64,000 nucleotides of DNA, taken from Octopus vulgaris (Eukaryota). Below the pieces are notes generated by a model that ran no database searches, was not told where the DNA came from, and was given only the letters and a program-made list of their open reading frames with translations. Below are positions 58,787 through 64,000 of this stretch, piece after piece. Made by a program: the position numbers and the translations under genes. Each line of letters begins with the position of its first letter. Positions within the stretch are counted from its first letter, which is position 1. Location of the stretch: positions 91,884,001 through 91,948,000 of the forward strand of contig OX597823.1 of assembly GCA_951406725.2 (NCBI GenBank). Direction: 5' to 3'.

Positions 58787-59839
58787 CTAATAATAATAAT
58801 AATAGTTATTGTTCTCCTATAATTCATCATGATCATGATCATAATGATGATGATGATGATCATCATCATTATTATCATCATCAACGTCTTTATCATTATC
58901 GTTAAAAATTATTATATGCTTTATGAGTTAGCAAGGATGTTGGTGACAGTAAGTCTCCTCAATTCTGAAGAATCTTTTCAAATTATTATTTACTGGTTTT
59001 GGTTTTCTGCTATGTTGAAACTTTTGTATTTTGGTGTTTTATATGTTCATTTACTTATAAAATGACGTTAGAATTCTTTCAATGAATCAAGATTGCATTA
59101 CATATTCTTTAAAATTAAATACCTTTGAATTTATGCAACAGTTTTGATTTGTTTTCCAATAATTTATTAAATGACTCCATATTTTAAATATAGCAATACA
59201 GTGTACCCATCCAGAAATGTATTGTCAACCACCTACTGAAGTTAACAGGTTAAAACAAAAAGCGAAAACAAAAATGTGATATTACATCGTCGTGTGGATG
59301 AATATCTTCTGGTAGTATCTCAGCTGATTTCATGCAGAAATTTTCTTAGCTCGTCATTATGAAATATAAATGTGGATGGCGCTGATGCGAATGTGTTGAA
59401 ACTGAAATGTTATTTAAGACGTTATCATCATGGATAGGCGCAGAAGTAGTTGTGTTGTATGAATTTTCCTTTTGCAACGACCATACAGTGTCAACTTCAG
59501 TCCCATTGCCTAGCAACTTGGCCAAATATCTTGAACTATCGCTTCGGTTTTGACCAAAGTCTTGTAAGTGGATTTGGTAGATGGAAACTGAAAGAAGCCT
59601 TTCAGATATATACATATATATATAAATACACACATACATACATACATACATATATACATATATATATATATAATCTGTATTTTTGTTGTTTTTTATTTGC
59701 CCTGTCCGTGTGAGCTAACAGTCGTACTGGCTTTCATGGGAAACATGTATTTTCGTGGTTGAAACCTTTTGGATTAACTGGTGCTAGAGTGATTAATATA
59801 GTGACCACTCTCTTATATTTATTTTATACATATATATAT

Positions 59840-59903
<64 letters not shown>

Positions 59904-59990
59904 ATGTATGTCTGTCCGTATGTATGTATACTTCATTAATAAAACTGCAGACATCACAAAACCTGTTACTCAGTGATAGATTTGTCAGAC

Positions 59991-60063
59991 GGCAGTTTAG
60001 CTCAATGGTAAAGCACTTAGCCTGAGTCTCGAGGGATGTGGGTTCGAGTCCCATGAGTGTTTG
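59991..60063 (+). pseudogene. tRNA-like sequence (tRNA pseudogene or SINE head)
   Basis: A box tagctcaatggtaaagc and T arm gtggg-ttcgagt-cccat are intact. Acceptor and anticodon stems are poorly paired. Confidence 0.6.
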
Positions 60064-60121
60064 TTGAAAAACTTTCCGCTTTCTAAGGGTCTTCGCTTGT
60101 AAAATACAAACGTTAGTTTGT

Positions 60122-60177
<56 letters not shown>

Positions 60178-61100
60178 ATGTATGTATGTATATGTTTGTC
60201 CCCTGCTACCCCTCCACCACCGGTGTTGGTATGTTTACGCTCTGTAACCAAGCAGTATGAAAAAAAGCGGTAAAATGAGTACCAGGGTTAAAAAAACTCA
60301 ACACAACGGTCAGTTCATACGAGGGAATTTTATTCAAGGCGGTACTCCGGTATGGCCGCAGTCTAAGAACTGAAGCACTTAAAACATAAAACATGGATGG
60401 AGAAAAGAGAATTATAAGTAATGTGATCAAATAATTGTTATTATATACTATAAAATCTATATAATTAATTATCATCTTACAATGTTTGTTTCGTCTAATT
60501 GCATTAATTATTAAGTACAATGATTATGAATTGATAATTTGCTTGAATTGTGCTGTAGATGAGAATGTGCGGATATAAAGGTGCGTAGCTTAGCGGTTAG
60601 GATACTCAGCTCACGATCGAAAGGTCGTGAGTTCGTTATACTGAGGCGCACTTTGTCTCTTGAGCAAGGCACTTCCTTTCATATTGCAGTCCAATCACCT
60701 GGCAAAAATGAGTTGTGTCTGTAGTTCAAAGGGTTAGTTCTGTTCCATTGCGTGTCAGGTTAATGGAACGCATGTCAATGGCGTGCTCAGCCACTCGCAC
60801 ATTAAGTTCACGGCCAACCTCTTCTTTGATTAGCTCAACTGGGACCACTCGTTGTCGTAACCAACGAACTGGTAGTAATGTATGGAAGGAGTCGCTACTT
60901 ATTTATGCGGTTAAATTCATACAAAACCTTGTCTAACCATAAAATTAGAACTAAATTCGAGGACTGAATTAAATCAACGTAAATGTTCAACTGTGATTCA
61001 TGTTTATCTTTCATCATCACGAACATTTTACTCTTAATCTGATCGCCACTTAGTGTAGATAAGGAAGGTAACTTTAAAATCGGATATAACGTAATTACAG

Positions 61101-61207
<107 letters not shown>

Positions 61208-61356
61208 CACATCTATCTATTTATCTATTTACCTATCTGTATGTGTGTGTATGTGTGTGTGTGCGCGTGTCTGTGTGTGTGTTTATTTGGGGATGGTAAT
61301 GTTTTTGTCAATAGCCACCACACACAAATTTCAGGCCTTGTGCCTATAGTAGGAAA

Positions 61357-62714
<1,358 letters not shown>

Positions 62715-62717
62715 CAC

Positions 62718-62795
<78 letters not shown>

Positions 62796-62931
62796 CATTA
62801 TTATTATTTTTCAGAGTTCTTTGACTACACATTCTGCAACCTCTTCAATGACTTTCTGTTCCTCAAAGAAACTACCACTGCTACTACTACCGCTGCTGCT
62901 GTTGCTGCTGCTACAACTACTGCTGCTGCTG

Positions 62932-63870
<939 letters not shown>

Positions 63871-64000
63871 TAATAACAGCAAGGTAAAGTGAAGATGTAA
63901 TAGTGTTTATTTGCAAAAGAAATGCCTATCTCAAAATACAGCAATGTCTTGTTTGGACACACGATTTCTCAAACATACAAAATATTCAGTTGATTGCTTA

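Noticed and set aside
59991-60063. Functional tRNA gene
   Set aside because: The acceptor stem has a G-G mismatch and several wobbles, and the anticodon stem does not pair. Kept only as tRNA-like.

Overview
AT-rich eukaryotic DNA that is almost certainly from an octopus (coleoid cephalopod). It has very long (TA)n, (TATC)n, (TG)n and (TAA)n microsatellites and the typical octopus tRNA-derived SINE families. Nearly all ORFs in the supplied track are microsatellite artefacts (IY/CV/LSIY runs), and no intact host gene is evident. Real coding remnants all come from transposons: CR1, R4/Dong, RTE and Penelope retroelements, and Tc1, mariner, pogo/Tigger and Chapaev-like transposases. Non-autonomous Helitron-like elements are also present. 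The most interesting signal is a set of distinct small elements, mostly inside (TA)n tracts, that carry hammerhead-ribozyme (HHR) motifs. Three fold well by hand (3857-3924, 17732-17828, 27735-27781) and several are minimal or variant forms. They occur as tandem (retrozyme-like) or fold-back copies, and one family's tail is shared with a Penelope RT/GIY-YIG element in the window. Other candidates are a degraded HDV-like ribozyme at an RTE 5' end, a duplicated putative terminal exon 24 kb apart, a 15-nt microexon and a pre-miRNA-like hairpin. All calls were made by eye, so boundaries are approximate.
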